Shown here piece by piece: positions 37,103 through 38,196 of a stretch of DNA of 38,196 nt. The position numbers and the translations under genes are program-made. The notes under the pieces are model-generated. The model had not been told where the DNA came from and made no database searches. It worked only from the letters and a program-made list of their open reading frames with translations. Every line of letters starts with the position of its first letter. The first letter of the stretch is position 1. The stretch is from an uncultured Burkholderiaceae bacterium (GTDB taxonomy: Bacteria > Pseudomonadota > Gammaproteobacteria > Burkholderiales > Burkholderiaceae_B): positions 1 through 38,196 of the forward strand of contig CAZPYF010000002.1 of the NCBI GenBank assembly GCA_964590015.1, written 5' to 3'.

Positions 37103-37999
37103 TCAAGCGCGGGGATGGTGGCGCGCGTGTAACTGGCGCAGCCGTTCGCGCGCCACATGGGTGTATATCTGAGTGGTCGAAATATCGGCATGACCCAGCA
37201 GCATCTGCACTACACGCAGGTCGGCCCCGTGATTCAGCAAATGGGTGGCGAAAGCATGCCTGAGCACATGAGGCGACAGGGGGGCGTGTATGGCGGCCTT
37301 CATGGCATATTTTCGTACCAACTGCCAGAACGCCTGCCGGGTCATGGGCCCGCCGCGCGCAGTAACGAACAGCGCGTCTGAGCGATGCTTACCGAGCAAA
37401 TCGCCGCGGGCTTCCCGCAAATATCGTTCGATCCAGAACTGAGCCTCCGCCCCCATGGGCACCAATCGGTCTTTCCCGCCTTTGCCCATGTTCACGCGGG
37501 CAACGCCGTCAGACAGATTGACGTCGAGTACGCCCAGGTTGACCAGTTCGCTCACCCGCAGACCGGTGGCGTACAAGGTTTCGAGCATGGCTCGGTCGCG
37601 CAGCCCTAACGTGCCCGAGTCGTCGGGGGCATGCAGCAGCGCTTCGACCTGCGCTTCGCTGAGCGTCTTGGGAAAGCGGGGCGGCTGTTTTGATGCGTGT
37701 AGTTTGAGGCAGGGGTCTTCTTCCACCAGGCCCTGGCGGCGCGCCCACAGGTAGTAGCGTCGCAATGCGGAGAGTCGGCGATTGGCGGTGGAGGCCCGGC
37801 TGCCGGAATGCAGGGCGGCGAACCACGCCTGGATGTCGGTTTCGCGGGCTGCGGGCAGGGTTTTGCCGTGTTCAGCTTCGAGCCAGCGCTCAAACGCTTC
37901 GAGGTCGCGTCGGTACGCGCTGAGCGTGTTCTGCGCCAGACCGTCTTCAAGCCACAACGCGTCGATGAACCGGTCGATGCTGTCTGATGGGGAGGTCAT
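37103..37999 (-). CDS. xerD: Site-specific tyrosine recombinase XerD
   Basis: LWLEDGLAQNTLSAYRRDL, RDRAMLETLYATGLRVSEL, GKGGKDRLVP, MTRQAFW, SPHVLRHAFATHLLNHGADLRVVQMLLGHADISTTQIYTHVA (R-K-H-R-H-Y intact). Confidence 0.96.
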   Translation of the reverse strand: MTSPSDSIDRFIDALWLEDGLAQNTLSAYRRDLEAFERWLEAEHGKTLPAARETDIQAWFAALHSGSRASTANRRLSALRRYYLWARRQGLVEEDPCLKLHASKQPPRFPKTLSEAQVEALLHAPDDSGTLGLRDRAMLETLYATGLRVSELVNLGVLDVNLSDGVARVNMGKGGKDRLVPMGAEAQFWIERYLREARGDLLGKHRSDALFVTARGGPMTRQAFWQLVRKYAMKAAIHAPLSPHVLRHAFATHLLNHGADLRVVQMLLGHADISTTQIYTHVARERLRQLHARHHPRA

Positions 38000-38128
38000 G
38001 AAAATGACGGCATTAGCGTTTGGGCTTAGTGCGTACAAGCCGTTATGGAAGACGTCGATATTCTACGTCGTGCGCATCGAGCTGCGCGGCGCCGTGAAAA
38101 GACGCGCGGGGCGAGCCCGTGCGCTTCC

Positions 38129-38137
38129 TGTTAAACT
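38129..38137 (+). promoter_or_regulatory. Extended -10 promoter (TGnTAAACT) for ffs
   Basis: TGTTAAACT ends 7 nt before the predicted SRP RNA 5' end. Confidence 0.55.
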
Positions 38138-38144
38138 TCGCGGT

Positions 38145-38196
38145 GGCGGGCCCCTTCGCATGGTTCGGCGGCGAACCTGGTCAGGTCGGGAACGAA
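38145..38196 (+). ncRNA. ffs: Signal recognition particle 4.5S RNA (3'-truncated by window edge)
   Basis: GGCGGGCCCC...GGTCAGGTCGGGAACGAA matches the conserved domain IV of small bacterial SRP RNA (UCAGG..GGAA tetraloop..GAAGCAGC). The window ends before the closing strand. Confidence 0.8.

Noticed and set aside
37103-37999. Tyrosine recombinase as a phage or integron integrase
   Set aside because: It has XerD-specific motifs (MTRQAFW, LLNHGADLRVVQMLLGH) and a core-gene context.
1-38196. CRISPR array, IS element, prophage or anti-phage defence system
   Set aside because: No spaced direct repeats, transposase, phage structural genes or defence domains were recognised. Nearly all sequence is accounted for by the listed genes.

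Overview
High-GC betaproteobacterial chromosome segment. Gene order and the orphan Bug protein suggest Alcaligenaceae (Bordetella/Pusillimonas relatives); this is an inference. It is mostly densely packed core genes: glnP'-glnQ, amgK-murU, lptD-surA-rsmA, glyQ-glyS-gmhB-plsC-ygjP-like-gloA, hda-HAD-pcnB-folK, purM, tsaE-amiC-mutL-miaA, xerD-ybaK, tRNA-Arg(CCT) and the 5' part of the SRP RNA (ffs). I see no CRISPR array, prophage, IS element or defence island. The best leads are: (1) a crotonase / class I fumarase / acyl-CoA ligase / ich / ccl cluster that resembles an itaconate-mesaconate-citramalate pathway with a CoA ligase where the usual CoA-transferase would be; (2) an intact 734-aa FadE homologue with eroded FAD-binding and catalytic motifs (candidate pseudoenzyme), divergent from an SpmAB-type membrane gene; (3) a YgjP/SprT-like HExxH protein with an N-terminal beta-clamp-like motif (QLALF) directly upstream of gloA; (4) an ECF41 (SigJ)-AhpD module with an exact TGTCACA-N16-CGTC promoter 13 nt after the tRNA; (5) two mutually exclusive hairpins at the start of folK. 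All family assignments come from motif recognition and recalled reference sequences, not database searches.
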